Below are positions 38,273 through 46,644 of a stretch of 64,000 bases of DNA, one piece after another; the first letter of the stretch is position 1, and each line of letters begins with the position of its first letter. Under the pieces are notes generated by a model that saw nothing but the letters and a program-made list of their open reading frames with translations, did no database searches and was not told where the DNA came from. Origin of the DNA: Candidatus Shapirobacteria bacterium. Its GTDB lineage: Bacteria > Patescibacteriota > Microgenomatia > UBA12405. Both the position numbers and the translations under genes were made by a program. The DNA lies in the NCBI GenBank assembly GCA_041659325.1, contig JBAZYN010000002.1:270082-334081 (forward strand), read 5' to 3'.

Positions 38273-38536
38273 ATGCCGGATGAAATTAAGATGAGCGAAC
38301 AAGCGTTGTCTTTGAAACCAGGTATTTATGAACACTATAGTGGTAAAAAATACGACTTGGTAGGTGTAGCTCACCACAGTGAGACTCTGGAAGAAGTGGT
38401 TGTTTATAGGGCACGATACGGGGAGAAGTTGATTTGGGTTAGACCTTTGGGGATGTTTCTAGAAACAGTTGAACATGAGGGAGTTATTAAACCGAGATTC
38501 CGATATATAGGAGATGATAACAACGAAAGCAGGTGA
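38273..38536 (+). CDS. DUF1653-family small protein
   Basis: YEHYSGKKYDLVGVAHHSETLEEVVVYRARYGEKLIWVRPLGMF matches the DUF1653 pattern. Confidence 0.55.
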   Translation: MPDEIKMSEQALSLKPGIYEHYSGKKYDLVGVAHHSETLEEVVVYRARYGEKLIWVRPLGMFLETVEHEGVIKPRFRYIGDDNNESR

Positions 38537-38975
38537 TGGGGGGAAGACATTAGTAAAGGGAGTGATGATGGACAAAGATAGTGCCCTGATAGAAGCTCTG
38601 GGGGAGATTGATGAGTTGCAGGCGGTACTATTAATAGTAGATCTAAGAGATATTGCCGAGGATTTGGTGAAGATAATGGGAGAACTAGGGTGCGGGGTGA
38701 GATTTAGCGAGTGTGCTTTGCGAACTACATTTATGGAGGAGGAGATTAAAAAGGGGGAGAATGAACTGGATGCGCAAAAAAAGTTTTTGTTGTTTAAAAA
38801 AGAGGAAGCGATATATCTTAATTGGGTACGGACGGTGGCCAGAAGAATAGAAAGAAGAATGGCCGGTTTAAGTAAGATGTCGGAAGTTAGAGGTGATTTG
38901 CTGAAATATTTTAATAGATTGTCTGATTACTTGTTTATTTTAGCCCGCCAACAGGAAGACCAGTTAGGCGGGTAA
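38514..38975 (+). CDS. ATP:cob(I)alamin adenosyltransferase, PduO-type
   Basis: N-terminal TKAGDGGKT…EALGEIDEL matches the PduO/MMAB motif TGDxGxT…EAxGxxDEL. Confidence 0.65.
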   Translation: MITTKAGDGGKTLVKGVMMDKDSALIEALGEIDELQAVLLIVDLRDIAEDLVKIMGELGCGVRFSECALRTTFMEEEIKKGENELDAQKKFLLFKKEEAIYLNWVRTVARRIERRMAGLSKMSEVRGDLLKYFNRLSDYLFILARQQEDQLGG

Positions 38976-39002
38976 ACCGACAAGAAGAAGAAAAAAAATG
39001 AA

Positions 39003-39088
39003 GTAGGGTGTAATTCCCTCACAGTGCCGCTACGGTTATAGTCCGAGCCTTAAAACCCTCCTACCGGCGGGTTGACTTTCGAGCAAAA
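39003..39088 (+). ncRNA. Cobalamin-riboswitch-like element (candidate)
   Basis: GGTGTAATTCCCTCACAGTGCCGCTACGG resembles the conserved 5' core of cobalamin riboswitches. A degenerate or interrupted B12-box-like AGTCCGAG…ACCGGC follows. Lies between PduO and a downstream hypothetical gene. Confidence 0.3.
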
Positions 39089-39093
39089 GTAAT

Positions 39094-40026
39094 ATGATAA
39101 TTAAAGAATTTGAAAAAGGATTCGATCCTTATGCCGAGGCTCGTTTTTTGGCAGGGTTGCCGTTAGGGGTGAGGAAGGCAGTATTGGAAAGCGAGATTAA
39201 AACGGCTGCGTATGAAGCGTATTTGGTCGAGTTTCGGAGAGATTACCAATGGCGGGAGGGGCGGATATATGATGCGGAATCGGAATTGTATATTTCTGAT
39301 TTAATCAGAAGTGGAAACCGGCCGGAGGAGGAAGCGGCAATGGCGGCGATAGAGGTTGGGTTGGAGAAAGGCAAGATGGTGGTAAATTTTAGTCCGAAAA
39401 ATGAAAAATATGATTATCCGCAAAATTGTGTTGATTTCTGGAGAAGATACGGAGATAAAATAATTTGGTTGAGATTTGTAACCACGGATGAGATAGAGGA
39501 TTTTAAAAGAGTTTGGGGGGAGTTGGGCGGGAAAGGGGAGGTAGCGGATAAATTTGAAATGTTGGCTAGACCGGTGGAAACGGATGAAAAGTTGGTTGAT
39601 GTGTTTGAAAGGTTGGAGGTGGCGAAGGAGAGCGGGGAGGTGACGAGAGAGAAAATATGTGAGACGGTGGCAAGATTAGTTTCAGAGTTTAGATCCGAGT
39701 TTGGTGAGGAGAGATTATTTCATTCGGAAACAATCTTCCGGTTATTTTCGGCAGTGATGGCCGAGATTGAGAGAGGAAATATGATAACGTTGGCAGACAT
39801 TCCAATCGATAGATATTTGTATGGAGAGATGATGAAGGTTCAGGTAAAAACCGGCGGGTGCGCAGGATTTAATACTATCGGTCAGTTTGCCCAGGGACAG
39901 GGCTATTTTGTGGTTTCCGGGGGTGAGGGGGTGAGGGTGATGAAGGGAATCGTCCCCGAGGGGTATAAGTTTTGCAGCAGATGTGGGGTATGGCATTCGG
40001 GGCAAAAATGCCCTTTTTGTGATTAG
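39094..40026 (+). CDS. Hypothetical protein with C-terminal zinc ribbon
   Basis: 310 aa ending in CSRCGVWHSGQKCPFC. No other motif recognised. Confidence 0.5.
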   Translation: MIIKEFEKGFDPYAEARFLAGLPLGVRKAVLESEIKTAAYEAYLVEFRRDYQWREGRIYDAESELYISDLIRSGNRPEEEAAMAAIEVGLEKGKMVVNFSPKNEKYDYPQNCVDFWRRYGDKIIWLRFVTTDEIEDFKRVWGELGGKGEVADKFEMLARPVETDEKLVDVFERLEVAKESGEVTREKICETVARLVSEFRSEFGEERLFHSETIFRLFSAVMAEIERGNMITLADIPIDRYLYGEMMKVQVKTGGCAGFNTIGQFAQGQGYFVVSGGEGVRVMKGIVPEGYKFCSRCGVWHSGQKCPFCD

Positions 40027-40046
40027 GGATTTGGTATCATTGGCTA

Positions 40047-40700
40047 ATGATTCTTGATCGGCGACAGAAATATTTGCAAGTAGCCCTAAACTCAACAATT
40101 AATGAAGCGATGAGGGTAATAGATAGATTGCCGGTGAGTGAAAGAGTAATTCTTGAGGCGGGGACGCCATTTATAAAACGATATGGGTTGTCGGCAATAA
40201 GGGATGTGCGGGCAGCCTGGGCGGCCAAGTGGTGGGGGCAGAAGGGAATTCCGTATGTGGTGGCGGATTTGAAAACAATGGACCGGGGCAGTACGGAGGT
40301 AATGATGGCCAGGGAAGCCGGAGCTAGTGCAGTAGTGGCGTTGGGCCAGTCGCCACTGGAAACTATTAACAGTTTTGTTGATTCGTGTGCGAAGTTGGGA
40401 GTAGACAGTATGCTGGATATGATGAACGTGGAGGCGCCGGTGAAAGTGTTGAGGAGGCTTAAAAAGCTTCCGGATGTAGTGATATTGCACCGGGGAGTAG
40501 ATGAGGAAGATTTTAACCGTGATAAGCCCGTGCCCTATATTCAGATAAACAAAATCAGAAGCAGTTTTGACGTAATGATTTCAATTGCGGGCGGGGATAC
40601 GATACGGGAGGTTAAGAGGGCGATTTTTAATGATGCGGATATCGTGGTGGTATGGCGGGATTTGAGTTTGGTAGAGGAGTTTTTGAAAGAGGTAAAGTAA
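40047..40700 (+). CDS. OMP-decarboxylase family protein (3-hexulose-6-phosphate synthase / KGPDC-like)
   Basis: LQVALNSTINEAMRVI…EAGTPFIK…VVADLKTMDRGS…EAGASAVVALG matches the HPS/OMPDC-family consensus. Confidence 0.6.
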   Translation: MILDRRQKYLQVALNSTINEAMRVIDRLPVSERVILEAGTPFIKRYGLSAIRDVRAAWAAKWWGQKGIPYVVADLKTMDRGSTEVMMAREAGASAVVALGQSPLETINSFVDSCAKLGVDSMLDMMNVEAPVKVLRRLKKLPDVVILHRGVDEEDFNRDKPVPYIQINKIRSSFDVMISIAGGDTIREVKRAIFNDADIVVVWRDLSLVEEFLKEVK

Positions 40701-40749
40701 ACACTTTAGACGCGAGTTTGGTATAATCACTATTACTTTATATATCAAT

Positions 40750-41016
40750 ATGACTCGAGAAAGATCTGGTTTATATCTACGCTTCGGAGAGGAGGTGAGA
40801 AGTAAAAAAGGGAGGCAGTTGTGGCCGGAAAGAATGAGGTTTATTTCCGATCAATCTGAAAGTTTCAGCTTTGGAGGTTTGCAGGCGAGAGATCTACTGG
40901 CCGTAGTTTCTTGTGTGGGGGAAACGATAGGTCTGAGAGATGATGAAATACAGAGAGTGGAGTTTCTATTCGGTGATCATATAGCTGTTGAAAAAGAGGG
41001 GGTGTTCGTAATGTAA
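40750..41016 (+). CDS. Hypothetical protein (possibly the 5' part of a frameshifted gene)
   Basis: 88-aa ORF. The downstream ORF 41199..41582 has an in-frame stop-free upstream extension back to ~40992. Confidence 0.3.
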   Translation: MTRERSGLYLRFGEEVRSKKGRQLWPERMRFISDQSESFSFGGLQARDLLAVVSCVGETIGLRDDEIQRVEFLFGDHIAVEKEGVFVM

Positions 41017-41198
41017 CATGGGCGAGAACGTATCCGATTTATCAAGAAGACGAAGAAAATCCGGGCATAGCTGGCTGTTCGATAGTTATCAATCGATCGA
41101 GGGAAATTATCGAGTCGGCAATATTAGATGTCGCGGATGGAGGCAAAAGAAATTTTTCTGAGGATGGGGCGGAGGTAATATTTGATGAACCTTGGGAG

Positions 41199-41582
41199 TT
41201 GGTATGGTGGATTATTGCTGAAGAATTGATTCATGCGAAGGATTTTCTTCAGGCAGGGGATATACAGACGGTAGGTAGATGGCAGGAAAAGATGGACCAG
41301 ATTCGGGTGGGACAGAATTTGGGTCTGGTTGATGTGATGGAATTTTCGGCCTCAAGGATATGTACCAGGTTATTGGCGGCGGTTTGTTCTGATGTCATGG
41401 GGAACCTTGGCCGATCCAGTTATTATGAAGATAAGTACAGACAATCTTTGGGAGCAAAGGATATGGTACATGTGGACATCTCCAGAGTGTGGCGTCAAGT
41501 ATTTACGCCGACGGGGTTTGATTTAAATTCCTTGCCAAAAAGTGCGGAAAATCCGGGTATTAATACTGGAGCTAATGGATGA
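41199..41582 (+). CDS. Hypothetical protein (TTG start; possibly the 3' part of a frameshifted gene)
   Basis: 127-aa ORF starting at TTG. Confidence 0.3.
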   Translation: MVWWIIAEELIHAKDFLQAGDIQTVGRWQEKMDQIRVGQNLGLVDVMEFSASRICTRLLAAVCSDVMGNLGRSSYYEDKYRQSLGAKDMVHVDISRVWRQVFTPTGFDLNSLPKSAENPGINTGANG

Positions 41583-41597
41583 GTTGATTAAAAAAAA

Positions 41598-42479
41598 TTA
41601 TTGGGTATGTAATGATTTATTTTGTCTGAGAAGTTGAGGCAGAATGGCCGAGAGAAGAATAAAAAAGGTGCCGATGAGGGTGGTGACGGTGAGGGCTTCG
41701 TGAAAAAAGATAAAGCCAAAAAGCAGGCCAAAGATAATTTCGGCCAGGCCCAAGAGGCTGCCGATACTGGCGTCAAAGTGACGATAACCGATAATGGCCG
41801 CCCAGTTTGCCAGGATCATGGCGGCGGCATAAGCGAATTGAGCCAACCACGGAAAGGAGAGGTTTATAGCGGGCAGGGGATCGTGAAAAATCAGGCCAAG
41901 GAGGAAATTGGCGACTATACCGACGGAAAAATAGCCAATCATAATTTGGAATTCGTGATAGTTGCCGACTAATTTTTTGGGAAGAATAACGGTGGCACTG
42001 CCCATAAAGCCGGCGATAATAGTCAGTAGGGCAGGCAGATATTGGGCCGGTTGGAGCTGAAACCGGTAAATGGTAAACATACCGATAAAGGCCAAAAGGA
42101 GACTAATGAGTTTGATCAGATTGATAGTTTCTTTAAAAGCGACTTTTCCCAAAAGGTATCCACCGGTGACCAGAGAAGCATAAAAGAGCAAGGTAGCGGT
42201 ACCAATGGGCAGATATTTGAATCCATAAAAATAGGGCGCCTGATTAAGACCACCTGACAGGGCAATAATGATCAACCAGGGAAGATCGGTGCGGGAAAGA
42301 GGTTTGATAAATTTGAATTTATGGTTTAAAAGAATGATAAAGACCAGAAGAATTAAAGCCCGGGTCCAGGCTTGGGAAAACTCGCCAAAATTAGCCGACA
42401 TCAGTCGGGACCAAATGCCATAGGTGGCATAAAAAAAGGCTGAAGTAACAATCAGACCGGCGCCTTTGGTTTGAGTCAT
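41598..42479 (-). CDS. EamA/DMT-family transporter
   Basis: Ten predicted transmembrane helices. Duplicated EamA-like halves. Confidence 0.7.
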   Translation of the reverse strand: MTQTKGAGLIVTSAFFYATYGIWSRLMSANFGEFSQAWTRALILLVFIILLNHKFKFIKPLSRTDLPWLIIIALSGGLNQAPYFYGFKYLPIGTATLLFYASLVTGGYLLGKVAFKETINLIKLISLLLAFIGMFTIYRFQLQPAQYLPALLTIIAGFMGSATVILPKKLVGNYHEFQIMIGYFSVGIVANFLLGLIFHDPLPAINLSFPWLAQFAYAAAMILANWAAIIGYRHFDASIGSLLGLAEIIFGLLFGFIFFHEALTVTTLIGTFFILLSAILPQLLRQNKSLHTQ

Positions 42480-42517
42480 GGTTGATTATAAGATTGAGGG
42501 GAGATAGAATACAGCTG

Positions 42518-43342
42518 ATGTCCGAACAAGCAGACAAAATATATCAGCTGCTTAAACCTTATGGCTTAGACCAAGAAGAATCAAATATATACCTATATTT
42601 GTTGGAAAAGGGCTCTACCAGTGCTTTGGGTATCAGCCGAGAGCTAGGGGTGGCCAGGACAAAAGTGTATAGAATTTTGGACAGACTAATTGAAAACGGC
42701 ATGGTAGTGTCGCAGGTAGCCAGCAGCGGCTTTAAATTTGTGGCTAGTGAACCGTTAAAGCTTCAAATGGAGCTAACCCGAAGAGAAGGGGAATTGGTGG
42801 GCTTAAGAAAGAATCTACCAGATTTGGTGGAAATGTTGGAAACGAGGTCGATGGCCGGGGTGGCGGGGTCAAAGATTTTATATTATCGGGGACAAAAGGG
42901 GCTGTCGCAGGTAAATTGGAATTTACTAAATGCCCGGGGGGAGTTTTTGAGCTACGAGGTAGCCACGGCCGATGCCTATATTCCGCAGGAAGAGGCGGAG
43001 AAGTTGAGAAAAGAGCTGGTAAAAAGAAAAATAGTGATCAGAACTTTGACCAATAAAACTTTGATAGAGCCGTTTACCAAAGTGGTGGAAATGGTGGAAA
43101 ACTATTGGCAGGTGAGATATATTCCAAAAGAAATCGTGGATGTAAGAATGGATATATTTATCTACAACAACATAATGGCAGTATGTCATTATCTGGAAAA
43201 AAAGGATGTGTTTTGCATGGAAATGATAAATGAGCCGATGGTGGAAATGCAAAAACAGATTTTTGAAAACCTGTGGAGCCAGGCCAAAATTATGGAGATT
43301 AAAAACAGTAACGGAGCGGCAGAAGTTATCGGGAGCCGGTGA
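42518..43342 (+). CDS. TrmB-family transcriptional regulator
   Basis: N-terminal wHTH (EESNIYLYLLEKGSTSALGISRELGVARTKVYRILDRLIENGMV) plus a C-terminal TrmB-like domain. Internal Met start preferred over track start 42482. Confidence 0.6.
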   Translation: MSEQADKIYQLLKPYGLDQEESNIYLYLLEKGSTSALGISRELGVARTKVYRILDRLIENGMVVSQVASSGFKFVASEPLKLQMELTRREGELVGLRKNLPDLVEMLETRSMAGVAGSKILYYRGQKGLSQVNWNLLNARGEFLSYEVATADAYIPQEEAEKLRKELVKRKIVIRTLTNKTLIEPFTKVVEMVENYWQVRYIPKEIVDVRMDIFIYNNIMAVCHYLEKKDVFCMEMINEPMVEMQKQIFENLWSQAKIMEIKNSNGAAEVIGSR

Positions 43343-43344
43343 GT

Positions 43345-43555
43345 TTTTAAAACCTTCAAGAATCTCGATGGGGAGGGCAAAGCGGTAACATCAACTCCCC
43401 AATCGGTGGCTTCCCGGTCAATAATGGTTTTTATTTCACCACTTAATTTTTGACGTTCGGTCAAAAGGCAGTTTTTAATGACGCCGATATTGTAGTGGTA
43501 TGGCGGGATTTGAGTTTGGTGGAGGAGCTTTTGAAAGAAATTAAATAAAATTAAA
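43345..43555 (-). pseudogene. Mosaic of gene fragments: internally deleted SPFH remnant plus a copy of the OMPDC-family gene 3' end
   Basis: 43350-43460 resembles SPFH gene segments 44915-44960 joined to 45206-45290 (encoding TERQKLSGEIKTIIDREATDWGVDVTA). 43465-43550 resembles 40621-40700 (FNDADIVVVWRDLSLVEELLKEIK*). Confidence 0.5.
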
Positions 43556-43576
43556 TTTCTGTTGGCTAATTTTTGC

Positions 43577-43831
43577 CTACCAGGTTGTTTTCTGTCTAAC
43601 TCCCCTCACTTTTATTTCTCCTGCCGCTATAGCATTGTGTCGTTTGCCTAAATCTTGAAGATATGAAACTACTGCCGGGGGGTCGCATAGGGCTTCTCGT
43701 AATCTTGCCGTGGCTTGATTATATTCAGCCAAAGATCCAAATCGTTTTCTAGTATCTTCACTACCGGTTTCTATAAACTCTCTTCCGGTTCTTATCATCT
43801 GTAATGCCAATCTTTCTATGTTTGGATTCAT
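43577..43831 (-). CDS. Hypothetical protein
   Basis: 84-aa ORF with no recognisable motif. Confidence 0.25.
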   Translation of the reverse strand: MNPNIERLALQMIRTGREFIETGSEDTRKRFGSLAEYNQATARLREALCDPPAVVSYLQDLGKRHNAIAAGEIKVRGVRQKTTW

Positions 43832-44239
43832 AAATTTAAGTCGATGATACTACTATATTGGGGTTATGTCCATCATAAATATTTTACTTCTGACAATCCT
43901 TCTCCAAAATTTTTTTTGTCTAGATTATACCTATAAATTATTTTGGGATTTTGGGGAAGAAAGCGAGATTGATGAGAACAATAAACGATAATGGAGAAGC
44001 GGGGGTTGTGGGGAGTTATAATAAGAAGTGGCCAAAATAGAATTGGGGGGAGTAATAAATATGACTAATGCGGTATCAGGTTTGTTGCAGGTGGTTTTGG
44101 GAGTACCTTGGTATTTTTCTGAACCTGCGGTGGAGAAAGCAAGGCAGAGAGTTGACTTTGAATTAAGGCAGACGGGAATTGCGACTAGGAATTTTGTTGG
44201 ATGGTGGGAAGGGGAAATGATCAGAGACTGGCAAAGGTA

Positions 44240-44308
44240 AGTTTATTTTCCGGTCAATTTTTTGAAGCCTTCGAGAATTTCGATGGGGAGGGCAAAGACG
44301 ATGGTGTT
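44240..44308. repeat. ~65-bp direct repeat: copy of the SPFH gene 3' end (second copy at ~44918-44980)
   Basis: gtttattttccggtcaattttttgaagccttcgagaatttcgatggggagggc… is present on both sides of the RAYT module. Confidence 0.6.
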
Positions 44309-44910
44309 TGTATAAGTGGGCGATTCATGAATCGCCCATACACAAATTTTTATTTTATTTATTAAAAAACCAGTTTTTAGGATTATTTTTAACGTAGTAT
44401 CGGTAGGCGAGTAATTCTTTTTTGTTTCTGATTATGTGTTCGTAATAATTTCGTAGCCAGACTTTTTCTGTTTTTAACAAAGATTTTCCCATAATTTCTT
44501 TAGCAGTGTTCATTTTGAAATATCCAATAACTTGAGGAAGTAATTGGCGATGGTTGTGGGTGGGCGAATCGTAATTTGCCCTTACACAAATCGTCTTTCC
44601 GAAAAAATTACCTTTTATAAGAATAATTAAATGCATGTGATTTGGCATTAGTTGATAACAATCGATGTATATTTCGGGATAACGTGTTGGAAGATAATTA
44701 ATCCATTTATCAATAATTGTTCCTACGGTGTTGGATATAAATATATTATCCTTGATGTCGCCAAAAATAAATTCATGTTTAAAAGTATCAATGGTAACAA
44801 AATAGTAGCCAGGTCGAGAGTAATTTCGGTGGTATAGACGGATTGTGTGTCGTTTATTTTCCATTAGTGTATGGGCGAATCATGATTCGCCCATAAAAAT
44901 GGGTGACTAT
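44300..44910 (-). mobile_element. RAYT (REP-associated tyrosine transposase) module flanked by REP-like palindromes
   Basis: Perfect 20-22-bp palindromes GGGCGATTCATGAATCGCCC (~44309-44338) and TGGGCGAATCATGATTCGCCCA (~44872-44905) bracket ORF 44355..44864. Confidence 0.6.
44355..44864 (-). CDS. IS200/IS605-like HuH Y1 transposase of the RAYT/TnpA_REP type
   Basis: HuH motif MPNHMHLI. C-terminal catalytic Tyr region WLRNYYEHIIRN…YRYYVKNNP. Confidence 0.7.
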   Translation of the reverse strand: MENKRHTIRLYHRNYSRPGYYFVTIDTFKHEFIFGDIKDNIFISNTVGTIIDKWINYLPTRYPEIYIDCYQLMPNHMHLIILIKGNFFGKTICVRANYDSPTHNHRQLLPQVIGYFKMNTAKEIMGKSLLKTEKVWLRNYYEHIIRNKKELLAYRYYVKNNPKNWFFNK

Positions 44911-44912
44911 GT

Positions 44913-45656
44913 TTATTTTCCGGTCAATTTTTTGAAGCCTTCGAGAATTTCGATGGGGAGGGCGAAAACAATAGTGTTTGAGGGGTTGGCCATGGTGGCT
45001 TCGACGGTTTGGAGAGTACGAAGAGAGATGGCGCCTGATTCGGATAAACCTTTCATGGCCTTGTTTAGGTTTTCCGAGGCGGTTAGTTCACCATTGGCTC
45101 TGATGATGGTGGCGCGGCGTTCACGTTCGGCTTCGGCCTGTTTGGCCATAACCCGTTTCATATCGGCCGGGACTTCAATGTCCTGAATTTTTATAGCGGT
45201 AACGTCAACTCCCCAGTCAGTGGTTTCCTGATCAACTATAGTTTTTATTTCATCGCTTAATTTTTGACGTTCGGTTAAAAGAGCATCAAGCTCAACCCCG
45301 CCGATAACATCGCGGAGGGCAGTTTGGGCGTATTGGGTAATAGCGTAGGAAAAATCTTTGATTTTTAAAATAGCGTCTTCGGGTTTTATAACCTGAAAGT
45401 AAACAACGGCATTGATGCCGACGGGGACATTATCTTTGGTAATTACTTCCTGTTGGGGGATGTCGGCGGTGGTAATGCGGATGTCGACTTTTATAACCCG
45501 CTGAACAATGGGAAAGACTAATTTTAAACCCGGATTGAGGGTGTAGGAATAGGTGCCGAGAGTGAGGACAATGCCCCGCTCATATTGGTTTATTATGATG
45601 ATTGATTTGGCCAGAAGATAAATGACGATGAGGATTGTAATTAATGTTGGTACCAT
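44913..45656 (-). CDS. SPFH/band-7 (stomatin-like) protein
   Basis: N-terminal transmembrane segment plus SPFH core (…VDIRITTADIPQQEVITKDN…ALRDVIG…). Confidence 0.85.
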   Translation of the reverse strand: MVPTLITILIVIYLLAKSIIIINQYERGIVLTLGTYSYTLNPGLKLVFPIVQRVIKVDIRITTADIPQQEVITKDNVPVGINAVVYFQVIKPEDAILKIKDFSYAITQYAQTALRDVIGGVELDALLTERQKLSDEIKTIVDQETTDWGVDVTAIKIQDIEVPADMKRVMAKQAEAERERRATIIRANGELTASENLNKAMKGLSESGAISLRTLQTVEATMANPSNTIVFALPIEILEGFKKLTGK

Positions 45657-45929
45657 AGTTATATTGTATGGCAGGTTGGCACGGGGGTCAATGGGGGTTT
45701 GGTCTTATTTCGTGGTTTTTGTGGTAGAATCAGGTATGGCTGATAAAAAAGAGGGGGGTTTGGTTCATCATGGGGTGGTGGATGTGGCTCAATTGGTAGT
45801 TGGAGCTGGTTTCGTTGTCATGTTTTGCAGAGGAGGGTTTGTTTTGGGGGCGGTTGGTGTGGCTGCCGATGTGTGGATGTGGAATAGACGGCATACCAAG
45901 GCGGAAATGCCGGCGACCAGGTAAAGGGT

Positions 45930-46601
45930 TTATTCGTTTTTCTTGAGCCATTTTTCTCTTTTGAGAAAAAGAAAGCCAAGCATTAAACCGGCGCCGATAA
46001 CGGTTAAGAGAGATTCGATTTTATCAAGCCCGTGGGCCAGACCAATAAACGCTTCTCCCATCTCAAAGCCGATGAATCCCAGGATGGTGGCTCTGATGAG
46101 CAAGGCCACAAAAACCATGGGATAAAATTTGGAGGGAGGGATTTTGAAACCGCCGCAAAAGGCGGTAATTAACGAAACGGGGACAATCGGGATGGAGCAG
46201 GCGACAAGGATAAAGAGCTCGTCGGCGATTGTTTTTTGAAAATCGGCTTTGATTTTTTCGATTAACTTCCAGCTGACACCGATATATTTGCCAAATTTAT
46301 CAATGAGGGGTTTGCCGCCATAGAAGGCAATAAAATAAACCAAACTGGTGCCAAGGGTAGCGCCAATAGTGTAGGGAAGAGTGACTTTGTTGAAGATTTG
46401 CCAGATGGCTTCAAAAATCGGTAGGTTTCTGTCGACGATTAAAGCGCCGCCGGCCATGGTGATAATGGGAGAAGGAATGGGGACGATGATTTGTTCGATA
46501 AAACCTCCGCCAAACATGGCCAGGAGGGCGTTGGTTTTGATGAGGTCAAGAATTGAGTTGAGGATGTGGGTCATGGGAAGATTGTAAACTGTAAACGGCA
46601 A
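45930..46601 (-). CDS. DedA/SNARE-associated family membrane protein
   Basis: GGGFIEQIIVPIPSPIITMAGGAL matches the DedA motif. Confidence 0.65.
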   Translation of the reverse strand: MPFTVYNLPMTHILNSILDLIKTNALLAMFGGGFIEQIIVPIPSPIITMAGGALIVDRNLPIFEAIWQIFNKVTLPYTIGATLGTSLVYFIAFYGGKPLIDKFGKYIGVSWKLIEKIKADFQKTIADELFILVACSIPIVPVSLITAFCGGFKIPPSKFYPMVFVALLIRATILGFIGFEMGEAFIGLAHGLDKIESLLTVIGAGLMLGFLFLKREKWLKKNE

Positions 46602-46644
46602 ACTGTAAACTGCAATTGAGACGGTATTCGGTTAAAATGGACAG

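Noticed and set aside
45622-45924. Small membrane ORF (MADKKEGG…) upstream of the SPFH gene, considered as an NfeD-like partner
   Set aside because: It lies on the opposite strand to the SPFH gene and is much shorter than NfeD, so it is probably spurious.
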